A stretch of DNA of 64,000 bases from positions 212,604 through 276,603 of the forward strand of contig JAWXUC010000001.1 of assembly GCA_044432975.1 (NCBI GenBank). Direction: 5' to 3'. This DNA comes from Alphaproteobacteria bacterium (lineage in GTDB: Bacteria > Pseudomonadota > Alphaproteobacteria > RF32 > CAG-239). The position numbers and the translations under genes were made by a program. The notes beneath the pieces are model-generated. The model searched no databases. It saw only the letters and a program-made list of their open reading frames with translations, and was not told the DNA's origin. Position 1 is the first letter of the stretch; each line of letters opens with the position of its first letter. Below are positions 44,985-54,606 of this stretch, piece after piece.

Positions 44985-45233
44985 ATGACAAATAAAAATA
45001 TAGAATTATTCAAAAATTTAGTTAGCACACAAATAGAAGAAGTTAAGCAATATTTAGAAGAGCTTAATATGTTTCATACCGCATTAGAGGTTCACATGGC
45101 AGAATATACAGAAAAAGAAGTTTTATCTTATATAGTCGGTGGCGAGCCATTTGGCGATAATTTACCCGCAAAAAGAATATTAGATTTTCATCAATCAATC
45201 ACAACAATAGCCCATTCATTAAAAAAGCACTAA
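44985..45233 (+). CDS. Hypothetical protein
   Basis: 82 aa in the operon-like array. Confidence 0.35.
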   Translation: MTNKNIELFKNLVSTQIEEVKQYLEELNMFHTALEVHMAEYTEKEVLSYIVGGEPFGDNLPAKRILDFHQSITTIAHSLKKH

Positions 45234-45249
45234 ATAAAGGAAAAGTATT

Positions 45250-45522
45250 ATGGATACAATAGAAGCATTAGAAAGAAAGCTAAAAGAAGCCAAAAGCCAA
45301 AGAGCGGTGGAGGCAACTTATCCAACGGGGATTGTGGTTGATTTATCCAGCCCACAAGGCAATGCTTTTTATATTATAGGCTTGTGCCAAGAGATAGGAC
45401 GCAAGCTAAATATCCCCCAACAAGAAATAGATAAATTCATAAAAGAGTGCAAAAACAAAGACTATTCAAATTTATTACAAGCCACGCAAAAAATGTTTGG
45501 CTTGATTTTTATTGGAAAATAA
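45250..45522 (+). CDS. Hypothetical protein
   Basis: 90 aa in the operon-like array. Confidence 0.35.
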   Translation: MDTIEALERKLKEAKSQRAVEATYPTGIVVDLSSPQGNAFYIIGLCQEIGRKLNIPQQEIDKFIKECKNKDYSNLLQATQKMFGLIFIGK

Positions 45523-45564
45523 ATTGATATTCGCTTGCATTTTTAGATAAATATTAGTAAAATC

Positions 45565-47469
45565 GTGTCAATTCTGAATAATCGTTCTAAAACAAAGGAA
45601 TATAAAGTTATGGATATTAAGAAACTAGATGGCAAGAGTTTGGATATTGAAAATGTTGATATAGAAAAGTTAAAAGCTATATTTCCTCAAGTTTTTATGG
45701 AAAATAAGCTTGATATTAGTAAGCTTCTTAATCTTTGTGGTGAATATATTGAGAGAGATGATGAAAAATATAAGTTTGAATGGAAAGGTAAATCTGATTG
45801 TTATAAGGTTGCTGGCAAGCGTTCTACAGGCACTTTGCGTCCTGCACCGCAAGAAAGTATAGATTTTGAAAATACTAATAATCTTTATATTGAGGGAGAT
45901 AATTTAGAAGTATTAAAACTCTTGCAAACTGCGTATTATCGCAAGGTTAAAATGATTTATATTGACCCTCCTTATAATACAGGCCATGATTTTGTTTATG
46001 AAGATGACTTCAAAGACCCAATTGCAAAATATAAAGAAATTACAGAACAAACAACCAAATCAAACGTTGAAACAATGGGTCGTTATCATACCAACTGGCT
46101 TAATATGATGTATCCAAGACTAAGGCTCGCCTCAAACCTTTTGCGTGATGATGGCGTTATTTTTATATCTATTGATGATAACGAAATAACCAACCTCCGC
46201 CGTTTATGCGATGAAGTATTTGGGGAAGAAAATTTTGTTGACTGTTTACATTGGAAGAAGAAAAAACAACCATCTTTCTTGGCTAAGCATACAGCAAAAG
46301 TTATGGAGTATGTTTTAATATACGCAAAAAACTTTAATAGCTTAGAAAAATTATCTATTGAAACTCTTTCTGACGCAACAAAAAAAGTTATTAACATTTC
46401 AAATCAAGAAACAAAAAGACGTTTTAGCAAAGGTGTAAGAGTAAAGATTGGAGATACAGGCGTAATAAAAGCTGGACGATATAAAGTAAAAACAATGGAA
46501 GTTGAATATTTACAAGATATATACTACCAAAATGGATTGACTACAAATGAAGTTGATGTTGTTTCCAAGTTTTCTGTTTCTCAAGATAAAATAGATAATT
46601 TCATTTCTGAAAATTTACTTTTTATCACAGAAAATAAAGGATTAAGAAGAGATGTCTCTGAAGAAGAAAAATTAAAAAGAAAATCTATTACTGATTTGTT
46701 ATTAAGCGAATATGGAGATAGCCAAGAAAGTGATAATGAGCAAAAAGAAATTTTTGGTGAAAGATTATTTGATTATACAAAGCCAACAAAACTAATATAT
46801 AATTTTACTAAATCTCTTTTATGCAATGATAATGATATTATTCTTGACTTTTTCTCGGGAAGTGGAACAACCGCCCACGCTGTTATGCAATTGAATGCTG
46901 ATGATAATATAAATCGTCAATTTATTGTTGCACAAATACCCGAGCAAACAGGACTAGAAGAATATAAAACCATTTGTGAAATAGGCAAAGAGCGTATTCG
47001 CCGTGCTGGGGCTAAGATTAAAGAGCAAAATCCAAATGTTGATACTGGCTTTAAGGTTTTCAAACTAGATACTTCAAATTTGAAAAAATGGGACGACACG
47101 CCTATTCAAGATGATGATGAGGCAACTTTGTTTGAGCGTATGAATGAAATGGAAAAAACATTAAAAACAGATAGAAACGAGCTAGATTTCATCTATGAAG
47201 TTATGTTAAAATTAGGTATTCCATTGACTTATAGCATTTCCATAATGCAAATTGGCACACGCAAAGTTTATTCTATCGGAGATGATAGCTTGATTTTAGT
47301 TTGTATTGATAGCTCTAGCGGTGGTATAACAGCCGAAGACATTACAGCAATGTGCGACATTGCCCCTGCCAAAATAGTCGCAAGCGAAGAAGCCTTTGCC
47401 GATGATGTTGCCCTCTCAAATGCTTATTATATAAGCAAAGATAAAAAAATAGAAATTGAGTTGTTGTAA
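45565..47469 (+). CDS. mod: Type III restriction-modification Mod subunit (N6-adenine DNA methyltransferase)
   Basis: 634 aa. Motif IV reads IYIDPPYNTG in the N-terminal half and the AdoMet motif I (FFSGSGTTAHA) lies in the C-terminal half. A variable target-recognition region lies between them. Confidence 0.85.
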   Translation: MSILNNRSKTKEYKVMDIKKLDGKSLDIENVDIEKLKAIFPQVFMENKLDISKLLNLCGEYIERDDEKYKFEWKGKSDCYKVAGKRSTGTLRPAPQESIDFENTNNLYIEGDNLEVLKLLQTAYYRKVKMIYIDPPYNTGHDFVYEDDFKDPIAKYKEITEQTTKSNVETMGRYHTNWLNMMYPRLRLASNLLRDDGVIFISIDDNEITNLRRLCDEVFGEENFVDCLHWKKKKQPSFLAKHTAKVMEYVLIYAKNFNSLEKLSIETLSDATKKVINISNQETKRRFSKGVRVKIGDTGVIKAGRYKVKTMEVEYLQDIYYQNGLTTNEVDVVSKFSVSQDKIDNFISENLLFITENKGLRRDVSEEEKLKRKSITDLLLSEYGDSQESDNEQKEIFGERLFDYTKPTKLIYNFTKSLLCNDNDIILDFFSGSGTTAHAVMQLNADDNINRQFIVAQIPEQTGLEEYKTICEIGKERIRRAGAKIKEQNPNVDTGFKVFKLDTSNLKKWDDTPIQDDDEATLFERMNEMEKTLKTDRNELDFIYEVMLKLGIPLTYSISIMQIGTRKVYSIGDDSLILVCIDSSSGGITAEDITAMCDIAPAKIVASEEAFADDVALSNAYYISKDKKIEIELL

Positions 47470-47507
47470 AAATTCTAATTACGGCGAATGTGCCATAATT
47501 AAAAATA

Positions 47508-47969
47508 ATGATAAGAAAGGAAAACAAAATGAAAAGAAACTTTGAAACTATGAAAACCATTTTTTCTAATGCTATACTTGCATTAGAAAAAAAAGATAAT
47601 ATACAAATATCCGATATTGTTGACAGTAAAAACAAAGACGAAGTATATAATTTTAATTTAATGATAGAAGATGCGTTCTTTAATACATGGATAGATCCAC
47701 TGGATAAGATTCAATTCATATCAAATCTAACAGGAAAAGGAGAGCGTTTCTTCAATTTAACTAAAAATCAAAATTTATTAGAGGAACTTGATTTAAAATA
47801 TAGTGATTTGTTGAGTGTTCTTTCAACAGAATCTATTCTTGAAAAAGCGGAATGGATTATAAAAAATGACACTCATTTTCATAATATGAATATAATGTAT
47901 AGAGAATCTGGCGAAAAAATATCATATAAAGATTTTTGCAAACAATTTTCTGAAAGTTTATTTAAATAA
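47508..47969 (+). CDS. Hypothetical protein inserted between mod and res
   Basis: 153 aa with no recognisable motif. It is very AT-rich. Confidence 0.4.
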   Translation: MIRKENKMKRNFETMKTIFSNAILALEKKDNIQISDIVDSKNKDEVYNFNLMIEDAFFNTWIDPLDKIQFISNLTGKGERFFNLTKNQNLLEELDLKYSDLLSVLSTESILEKAEWIIKNDTHFHNMNIMYRESGEKISYKDFCKQFSESLFK

Positions 47970-48107
47970 TGAAACTACAATTTACAAAACAAGGCACTCG
48001 TCATCCCGAACTTGTTTCGGGATCTCCAAAAGGTGTAGATGAGATGCTGAAACAAGTTCAGCATGACGAATTATGTGTTCGTGATAATGCTTTGGGGGTG
48101 TTTCAAT
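47969..48107 (+). pseudogene. Duplicated 5' end of res (MKLQFTKQ...) reading into the insertion; probable remnant
   Basis: A 26-nt identity with the true res start (AATGAAACTACAATTTACAAAACAAG) is followed by 38 unrelated codons that include the left inverted repeat. Confidence 0.4.
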
Positions 48108-48621
48108 GAAGCAAGGATATGTTTATATAATGACAAATAAATACAATACTACTTTTTATATTGGGGTAACAAGTAATATTGAGCGTCGTGTATATGAACA
48201 TAAAAATAATTTAGTTAAAGGTTTTACAGAAAAATATAATGCTCATAAATTGGTTTATATCGAGCAATATAACTTAGTAACAGAGGCAATTGCTAGAGAA
48301 AAACAATTAAAAAATTGGCACAGAGATTGGAAAATAAATTTAATTAAAAAACAAAATCCTAACTTTGAGGACTTATATACTCGGAAAATTTCTAATGCAC
48401 AAGAGATTTTAGAGATCCCGAAACAAGTTCGGGATGACGAGAGTGGAGTTCAGGATTACGGATTGGGAATTAGTGATGGCGAGTGCGTTATTTGGGAGAA
48501 CGAGTGTGGAGTTCGGGATGAAAGCTTGGAAATTAAGGGTGATTGTTTAGAGTTGTACGAAAATATCGTACAACTGAAGATTCCAAAAAGTATTAAGCAA
48601 ATTGCAAAGGATAAGAAATGA
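48106..48621 (+). CDS. GIY-YIG nuclease domain protein (YhbQ/COG2827-like) with a C-terminal extension
   Basis: Its N-terminus GYVYIMTNKYNTTFYIGVTSNIERRVYEHKNN carries GIY...YIG with the catalytic R/E residues. The stop overlaps the res ATG (ATGA). Confidence 0.75.
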   Translation: MKQGYVYIMTNKYNTTFYIGVTSNIERRVYEHKNNLVKGFTEKYNAHKLVYIEQYNLVTEAIAREKQLKNWHRDWKINLIKKQNPNFEDLYTRKISNAQEILEIPKQVRDDESGVQDYGLGISDGECVIWENECGVRDESLEIKGDCLELYENIVQLKIPKSIKQIAKDKK

Positions 48622-51600
48622 AACTACAATTTACAAAACAAGAATTTCAAACAAATGCTGTTGAGGCGGTGGCTGGATTGTTTAAGGGGCAAGAAGAAGA
48701 TTCTGCAACTTTTTCGATTGTTGATAATTCGGCTCAAACATCTTTCTTGGCTGGAGGCTTGGGCAATCAAATCTTGATTGATGATAAAACTTTGGCAGAA
48801 AACCTTAACGCTATTCAAAAACATAACTCTTTGCCATTGAGCGATGTTTTGCCCTCACCCGCAGGCAAGCCTGCGACCTCTCCCCAAATGGGAGAGGTGT
48901 TAAAAGGTCTTCCCGTTTCTATTGAAATGGAAACAGGAACAGGAAAGACCTATGTTTATATTAAAACTATTTTAGAGCTTAATAAACGTTATGGATTTTC
49001 AAAGTTTATTATTGTAGTGCCAAGCGTGGCTATTCGTGAGGGTGTGTTGCAATCTTTTAAAGATACCACAGAGCATTTCAAAAAAGAATATCCAAAAGCT
49101 TTATATAACTTTTTTATCTATAATTCTTCTCGCTTGAATGATGTTCGCCATTTTGCCCGTTCGCAAGATATACAAATTATGATTATCAACATTGACGCTT
49201 TCAAAAAGGCAGAAAATGTTATCAACCAAGAGCGTGCAGATGACGGAAATGGTAAAATTATCAAATATCTTCAAGATACTAACCCTGTTGTAATTATTGA
49301 TGAGCCTCAATCTGTTGATAATACCGACAAGGCAAAAGAGGCAATTGCAAGCCTTAATCCACTTTGCGTGCTTAGATATTCGGCGACACATCGTGAAAAG
49401 AATAATCTTGTTTATCGTTTAACCCCTGTTGACGCTTACAAAAAAGGCTTGGTTAAGCAAATATGCGTTATCTCTAATTCTGTAATCAATGACGCTAATA
49501 AACCATATATAGCCTTAAAATCTGTGTCTAATGCCAATGGCTTTACGGCTAAGATTGAGATTGATGTTGAGGGAAAAGACGCAAAAATAACTCGTAAAGC
49601 AATAACCATTAAGCCTGGAACAGACTTATATCTTGAATCTGGCAACCGCTCTTTATATGAGGGATATGCGGTGGCAGGAATAGATTGCACCGCTGGTTTT
49701 GAGGGTGTTGAGTTTGCAAATGGCGAATATGTGGCTCTTGGCAAGGCAATTGGCTCTGTTGATGATAATGTTCTTAAACGTTCGCAAATTTATCATACTA
49801 TTAAAACGCATTTTGATAAAGAGCTTCGCTATTTTGCAAAAGATATAAAGGTTTTATCATTATTTTTTATTGATGAGGTTAAGAAATACCGCACCGAAGA
49901 TGGCGAACAAGGTATTTATGCAAAAATGTTTGAAGAATGTTATAACGAGTTATTAGCAAAACCCAAATATGCCCCATTAAAAGAGCTATTTAATACAGAT
50001 GTTGTAAATGCCCATGATGGCTATTTTTCTCAAGATAAAAAAGGTGCTTACAAAAACACCAAAGGCGATACTCAAGCGGACGATACGACATATAATGTTA
50101 TTATGAAAGATAAGAAAAAGCTGTTGTCTTTTGATTGTCCTTTGCGTTTTATTTTCTCGCACTCTGCCCTAAAAGAGGGTTGGGATAATCCTAACGTATT
50201 CCAAGTTTGCACATTATTAGAACAAAAATCTGTTTTTACTTGTCGTCAAAAGATAGGTCGTGGATTGCGTTTATGTGTTAATCAACAAGGAGAGAGAATA
50301 GAAGATAAAAATATCAATATTCTTCACGTTGTGGCAAATGAAAACTTTGCGGATTTTGCCGATAAACTTCAAAAAGAGATTGAAGCAGAAACAGGTATGA
50401 AGTTTGGCACGCTAGAAATTAGCAATCTTCTTGGGCTAACTTATGAAGAAGAAGTTGAGGTTGAAAAGGAAATCACTCAAGAGCAAGCTCAAATAATTGT
50501 GGAAGTTATAGAGGCAAGCAATAATATTGAAGAGGCAAATATTCCCGAGCCTATCAAAGAACAAGTCAAAGATTTGATTAAAGAAGAAAAGCCAATTTCT
50601 GTGGCAACCCTTGTTAATAAAACTTATACCGAAGTTATTAAAGAAGAAAAAACTGTTGACTATGCCGAGGCAGTAGAAATGCTGGAAGATTTGAAAGAGC
50701 AAAAAATTATTTCAAAAGATGGCAAAATAAAAGATACCATGAAAGAGCAACTAAAAGCAGGAACATTAGATTTAGGCGAGCGTTGGTCTAATGCTAAAAA
50801 AAGAGCCGTTTTACAAGCCGTTCAAAAAGCAGACAACAAGCCTGTAATTAGGGACGCAAGCAAAGAGGTTTCTGTAAAGCTTAAAAAGCAAGCTTTTATT
50901 AGCCCCGAGTTTATGGAGTTATGGAACAAAATCAAACAAAAAACAACATATCGTGTGCAATTTGATTTAGAAGAATTAACAAAAAATGCAATTAAAGACT
51001 TAAAAGCAATGCCCCCAATTGCAACCGCTAAAATTATGACGCAAACTGCAGGGCTTGATGTTGCAAAAGCAGGTATTACTCACGTTGAGCAATCTACAAC
51101 AACAGAAGAGCTAAAACAAAATTATTACTCTTTGCCTGATATTTTGCGTTTAATATCTATCAAAACCTTGCTAAAACGCTCAACTGTTAATAAGATTATT
51201 CAAGATAGTGGCAGAGCAAAAGACTTTTTGAAAAATCCTCAAGAGTTTTATGAAAAAGCCTTGGAGATTATAGAGAAAAATCGCCATGCGTTGGCAATTG
51301 ACGGAATTAAATATATTAAGCTTGCTGGCGAAGAATATTATATGCAAGAGATTTTTGAGAGCCAAGAGCTTATTGCTAACCTAGATAAAAATGCGGTGGC
51401 GGTTAATAATAGCGTTTATGACCATGTTATTTATGATAGTTCAACTGTGGAATTGCCTTTTGCAAAAGCGTTAGATAATGATCCCGAAGTTAAAATGTTT
51501 TTCAAAATCCCAAGCCGATTTAAGATTGAAACCCCAATTGGCACATATAATCCCGACTGGGCGGTTTATTTAGAGAAAAACGGCGAACACAAACTTTATT

Positions 51601-51761
51601 TTGTGCTTGAAACCAAAGGCTCTAGTGATTTTCTTCAATTAAGACCAGAAGAAAAGCTAAAAATTCATTGTGGCGAGCAACACTTCAAAGCTCTTGAAAA
51701 CAATACAGTCTTCCCAAGCAAACCCGTTGTAAACTGGCAAGACTTTAAGAAGAGTATGTAA
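48618..51761 (+). CDS. res: Type III restriction enzyme Res subunit (SF2 helicase plus C-terminal PD-(D/E)xK endonuclease)
   Basis: 1047 aa with Walker A METGTGKTYV, the DEAH-like IIDEPQS, a C-terminal YNPDW...LETKG nuclease motif and long coiled-coil inserts. Confidence 0.85.
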   Translation: MKLQFTKQEFQTNAVEAVAGLFKGQEEDSATFSIVDNSAQTSFLAGGLGNQILIDDKTLAENLNAIQKHNSLPLSDVLPSPAGKPATSPQMGEVLKGLPVSIEMETGTGKTYVYIKTILELNKRYGFSKFIIVVPSVAIREGVLQSFKDTTEHFKKEYPKALYNFFIYNSSRLNDVRHFARSQDIQIMIINIDAFKKAENVINQERADDGNGKIIKYLQDTNPVVIIDEPQSVDNTDKAKEAIASLNPLCVLRYSATHREKNNLVYRLTPVDAYKKGLVKQICVISNSVINDANKPYIALKSVSNANGFTAKIEIDVEGKDAKITRKAITIKPGTDLYLESGNRSLYEGYAVAGIDCTAGFEGVEFANGEYVALGKAIGSVDDNVLKRSQIYHTIKTHFDKELRYFAKDIKVLSLFFIDEVKKYRTEDGEQGIYAKMFEECYNELLAKPKYAPLKELFNTDVVNAHDGYFSQDKKGAYKNTKGDTQADDTTYNVIMKDKKKLLSFDCPLRFIFSHSALKEGWDNPNVFQVCTLLEQKSVFTCRQKIGRGLRLCVNQQGERIEDKNINILHVVANENFADFADKLQKEIEAETGMKFGTLEISNLLGLTYEEEVEVEKEITQEQAQIIVEVIEASNNIEEANIPEPIKEQVKDLIKEEKPISVATLVNKTYTEVIKEEKTVDYAEAVEMLEDLKEQKIISKDGKIKDTMKEQLKAGTLDLGERWSNAKKRAVLQAVQKADNKPVIRDASKEVSVKLKKQAFISPEFMELWNKIKQKTTYRVQFDLEELTKNAIKDLKAMPPIATAKIMTQTAGLDVAKAGITHVEQSTTTEELKQNYYSLPDILRLISIKTLLKRSTVNKIIQDSGRAKDFLKNPQEFYEKALEIIEKNRHALAIDGIKYIKLAGEEYYMQEIFESQELIANLDKNAVAVNNSVYDHVIYDSSTVELPFAKALDNDPEVKMFFKIPSRFKIETPIGTYNPDWAVYLEKNGEHKLYFVLETKGSSDFLQLRPEEKLKIHCGEQHFKALENNTVFPSKPVVNWQDFKKSM

Positions 51762-54397
51762 TGAGCGAAACAAAATCTATATTTCCCAATCCTTATTCTG
51801 CTTTTGTTGAGGCTCGGCGATTGCGTGATTGTTTAGATGATAAAAACCTTGCCCCTATATTTGCCTCAACTAATATTAAAATATTGCCTTATCAGATTGC
51901 AGCAGCTGGCTTTACTTTGCGTTCAAAATACTTAAAAGGCTGTATTTTATGTGATGAGGGTTCGCTTGGTAAAACTTATGAGGCGTTGCTTGTGGTCGCT
52001 CAAAAATGGTATGAGGGCGTAGAAAATATTTTAATTGTATTGCCCGATAATCTTATTAACCAATGGAAAAACAAGCTAGAAAATGAATTTAATCTGCCTT
52101 TTCATTTATGGGAAGATGTTAAAAGCGGAAAATATTTGCAATCTCTTGACGCTATTATTCGCAAAGGCGGTGTTTCGTATTCTTTATTAGAAGAAAACAA
52201 ACGTAAAGATAAAATGGTTGGAATTTGCCTTATATCTTACAAACAAGCAATTCAAAACACAGAGCAGTTACAACAGTTTTCTTGGGATTTAGCTGTTTTT
52301 GATGAGGCAGACTTTTTATTCAAGCCCGAGAATAAGTCTGTTATTAGTTTAAAACAAAGCGTTGGCAATGCTTTTAAGCTTCTTTTAACTCCAACGCCTA
52401 TAACCTCAAGCATTATGGATATATATGGGCTAATTCATTTTATTGATGAAGATGTTTTGCCTGATAGTGATACTTTTTATAAACGCTATTTTAGAAAACC
52501 CGAGAATTATGCTGAATTATCAGAATGGGTTTCAAGGTTTGCTTTTAGAACCTTAAAAAGACAAGCCTCAAATTATGTTAATTTTACAAATCGCTTGCCT
52601 GCGGTTATCAATTATAAACTAACAGATGAAGAAAAAGAACTTTATGTTTTAATTGAAAAATACTTGAAGTTGCCCGTAAAGCAAGCATATCCAAGTATGG
52701 ACATCTATCAATTGACTTTAATGTTTTATCATACAATAGCCTCAAGTCCCAAGGCTTTTGCAAATATGCTTAAAAATCCAATAGAACGAGCAGACGCAGA
52801 AGAAAAAGAATTATTGTTGTCTATGCAAGAAAAAGCAGAAAATATTGCTATTAGTGGCAAAATGCAAGATTTATCACAAGCCTTAAAACAAGTATTCAAG
52901 CACTTAAAAGAAAATAAAGAGCCTCAAAAGGCAATTGTTTTTACCGAAAATAATACAACTCGTGAAGTGCTTTATGATTTATTGTCTAATTATAATATAA
53001 CCTCAAATATTGATGATTTTAGAAATGATAAAAGTATACAAATTTTGATTGCTTCCGATGAGCTGGCAAAAGGTTTAGATATTGAGTTTTGCCCCGTTGT
53101 TGTTAATTATGATTTATTATATAATGCGGTGGAAATGGAACAACGTATTTGCAGGTGCCACCGTCAAGGGCAAGTTTCTGATGTGCTAGTTATCAATATG
53201 CTATCGCCTGATAATTTTTCCGATGTTAGAGTTTTAGAGCTTATCAATAAACGCACTTTACAATTTCAAGGGATATTTGGTATGTCCGATGATATTGTTG
53301 GCAATTTTGATGAAAGCTTAAACGATGTTATTGCCAAACTCCGAGAAAATAAAGCTATACAAGAAGATTTTAGAAATAATTTGAAACAACATAGGCAAGA
53401 TAATGAAGATGTTGTCTTAGAGGCAGAAAACGAGCTTTTTACAACCTTTACAAAAAACATTTCTGATAAAATGACTGTTTCTCCCAAGTATATTGAAGAA
53501 CAAGCAGAAAATATAAATCATAATTTATGGGAACTTGCAAAATTTTATTTTAATCATTATGAGCCTTATTATATTATTGATGATGAGAATAAAACTCTAA
53601 CCTTAAAAGAAAACGAAGAACGCCCACTTTTGTTTTATTATAACAATGGCACGCAAAATATTCGTTATTATGGCAAAAATGCTTATGGAATGGCAAAAGA
53701 TTTTAAGCCTGCCACAGGGCGTATAAGTATTCTTTCAATTCTTGGCGAAAATATTTTATACAATATAAAAGTCGCAACCGCTGGCACAATTAAAAGAACA
53801 ACCTTTGAGCCTTGTGAAATTGCTTTTTATAACATAAGCTTGTATTCGGGGCGTAAATATATCAAAGAATTTGATGTTTTAATTGGTAAAACAAATAATG
53901 GAGAGATTATTCCAAGAAGCAAATGTCTTGAAATCCTTAATAACCCAGATATAGAAATAATTGAAGATGAAACTGCAAAATCTTATACTAAAACACAAAA
54001 AATCCCACAAATATCTGATTTGGAAAACAATCAAGAGTTAAGCTATCTGATAGATGAAATTAAAAATAATTATCAGCAAAAAGAAGTAAGCCGAGATGAC
54101 CTTGATTTAATTAAATTGACAGCGAATCGCAAAAAAGACTTACTAAAAGAAAGCGTTGATAATATAAAAAACAAGATAAAGAAATCAAAAGAAAATGCTA
54201 TTGATGACCGCCTTGAGGCTCTTAAACTGCAAAAACAAATGAGCGTTTTAGAAAAAGAGCTAAAACAAAAAGAAGAAAGTCTTTTCTTTGATCAAATAAA
54301 AATTGATGCCGAAATGGAAGAAAAAATCAATTCTTTTATCGAGCTTGATAAATTAGAGATAAGAGTAGAAACCTTGTTTAAGCTTTCAAGTTTATAA
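51761..54397 (+). CDS. SNF2-family ATPase with a ~380-aa C-terminal domain of unknown function
   Basis: It has motif I CDEGSLGKTYEAL, motif II FDEADFL, the SNF2 motif III LLLTPTPITSSIMDIYGLIHFI and motif VI QRICRCHRQGQ. The start overlaps the res stop (TAATG). Confidence 0.8.
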   Translation: MSETKSIFPNPYSAFVEARRLRDCLDDKNLAPIFASTNIKILPYQIAAAGFTLRSKYLKGCILCDEGSLGKTYEALLVVAQKWYEGVENILIVLPDNLINQWKNKLENEFNLPFHLWEDVKSGKYLQSLDAIIRKGGVSYSLLEENKRKDKMVGICLISYKQAIQNTEQLQQFSWDLAVFDEADFLFKPENKSVISLKQSVGNAFKLLLTPTPITSSIMDIYGLIHFIDEDVLPDSDTFYKRYFRKPENYAELSEWVSRFAFRTLKRQASNYVNFTNRLPAVINYKLTDEEKELYVLIEKYLKLPVKQAYPSMDIYQLTLMFYHTIASSPKAFANMLKNPIERADAEEKELLLSMQEKAENIAISGKMQDLSQALKQVFKHLKENKEPQKAIVFTENNTTREVLYDLLSNYNITSNIDDFRNDKSIQILIASDELAKGLDIEFCPVVVNYDLLYNAVEMEQRICRCHRQGQVSDVLVINMLSPDNFSDVRVLELINKRTLQFQGIFGMSDDIVGNFDESLNDVIAKLRENKAIQEDFRNNLKQHRQDNEDVVLEAENELFTTFTKNISDKMTVSPKYIEEQAENINHNLWELAKFYFNHYEPYYIIDDENKTLTLKENEERPLLFYYNNGTQNIRYYGKNAYGMAKDFKPATGRISILSILGENILYNIKVATAGTIKRTTFEPCEIAFYNISLYSGRKYIKEFDVLIGKTNNGEIIPRSKCLEILNNPDIEIIEDETAKSYTKTQKIPQISDLENNQELSYLIDEIKNNYQQKEVSRDDLDLIKLTANRKKDLLKESVDNIKNKIKKSKENAIDDRLEALKLQKQMSVLEKELKQKEESLFFDQIKIDAEMEEKINSFIELDKLEIRVETLFKLSSL

Positions 54398-54606
54398 AAT
54401 ACATCTTTACAACCTATTAGTTTATTTGTATAAATTGACTTAAAATAACATTTCTTTAGATTAAAATGCTTTTTTTCTTTTAATATCAATGTATGTTTAT
54501 TAACCTTTTGTTTATATTTTCCTTGCTTTTTTATAAAAAATATTCTATCATTAGTATAATTTCATTATTTAATACAATTAGTGGTTGAGAAGATGAGAAG
54601 CAAGAA

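Larger units (their letters stand above)
47969..48643 (+). mobile_element. ~650-bp insertion carrying a GIY-YIG gene, bounded by a 26-bp direct repeat (a duplication of the res start) and containing perfect 30-bp inverted repeats at 47997-48026 and 48411-48440
   Basis: The direct repeat lies at 47968-47993 and 48617-48642. The inverted repeat CTCGTCATCCCGAACTTGTTTCGGGATCTC and its exact reverse complement are each a hairpin themselves. Confidence 0.5.
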
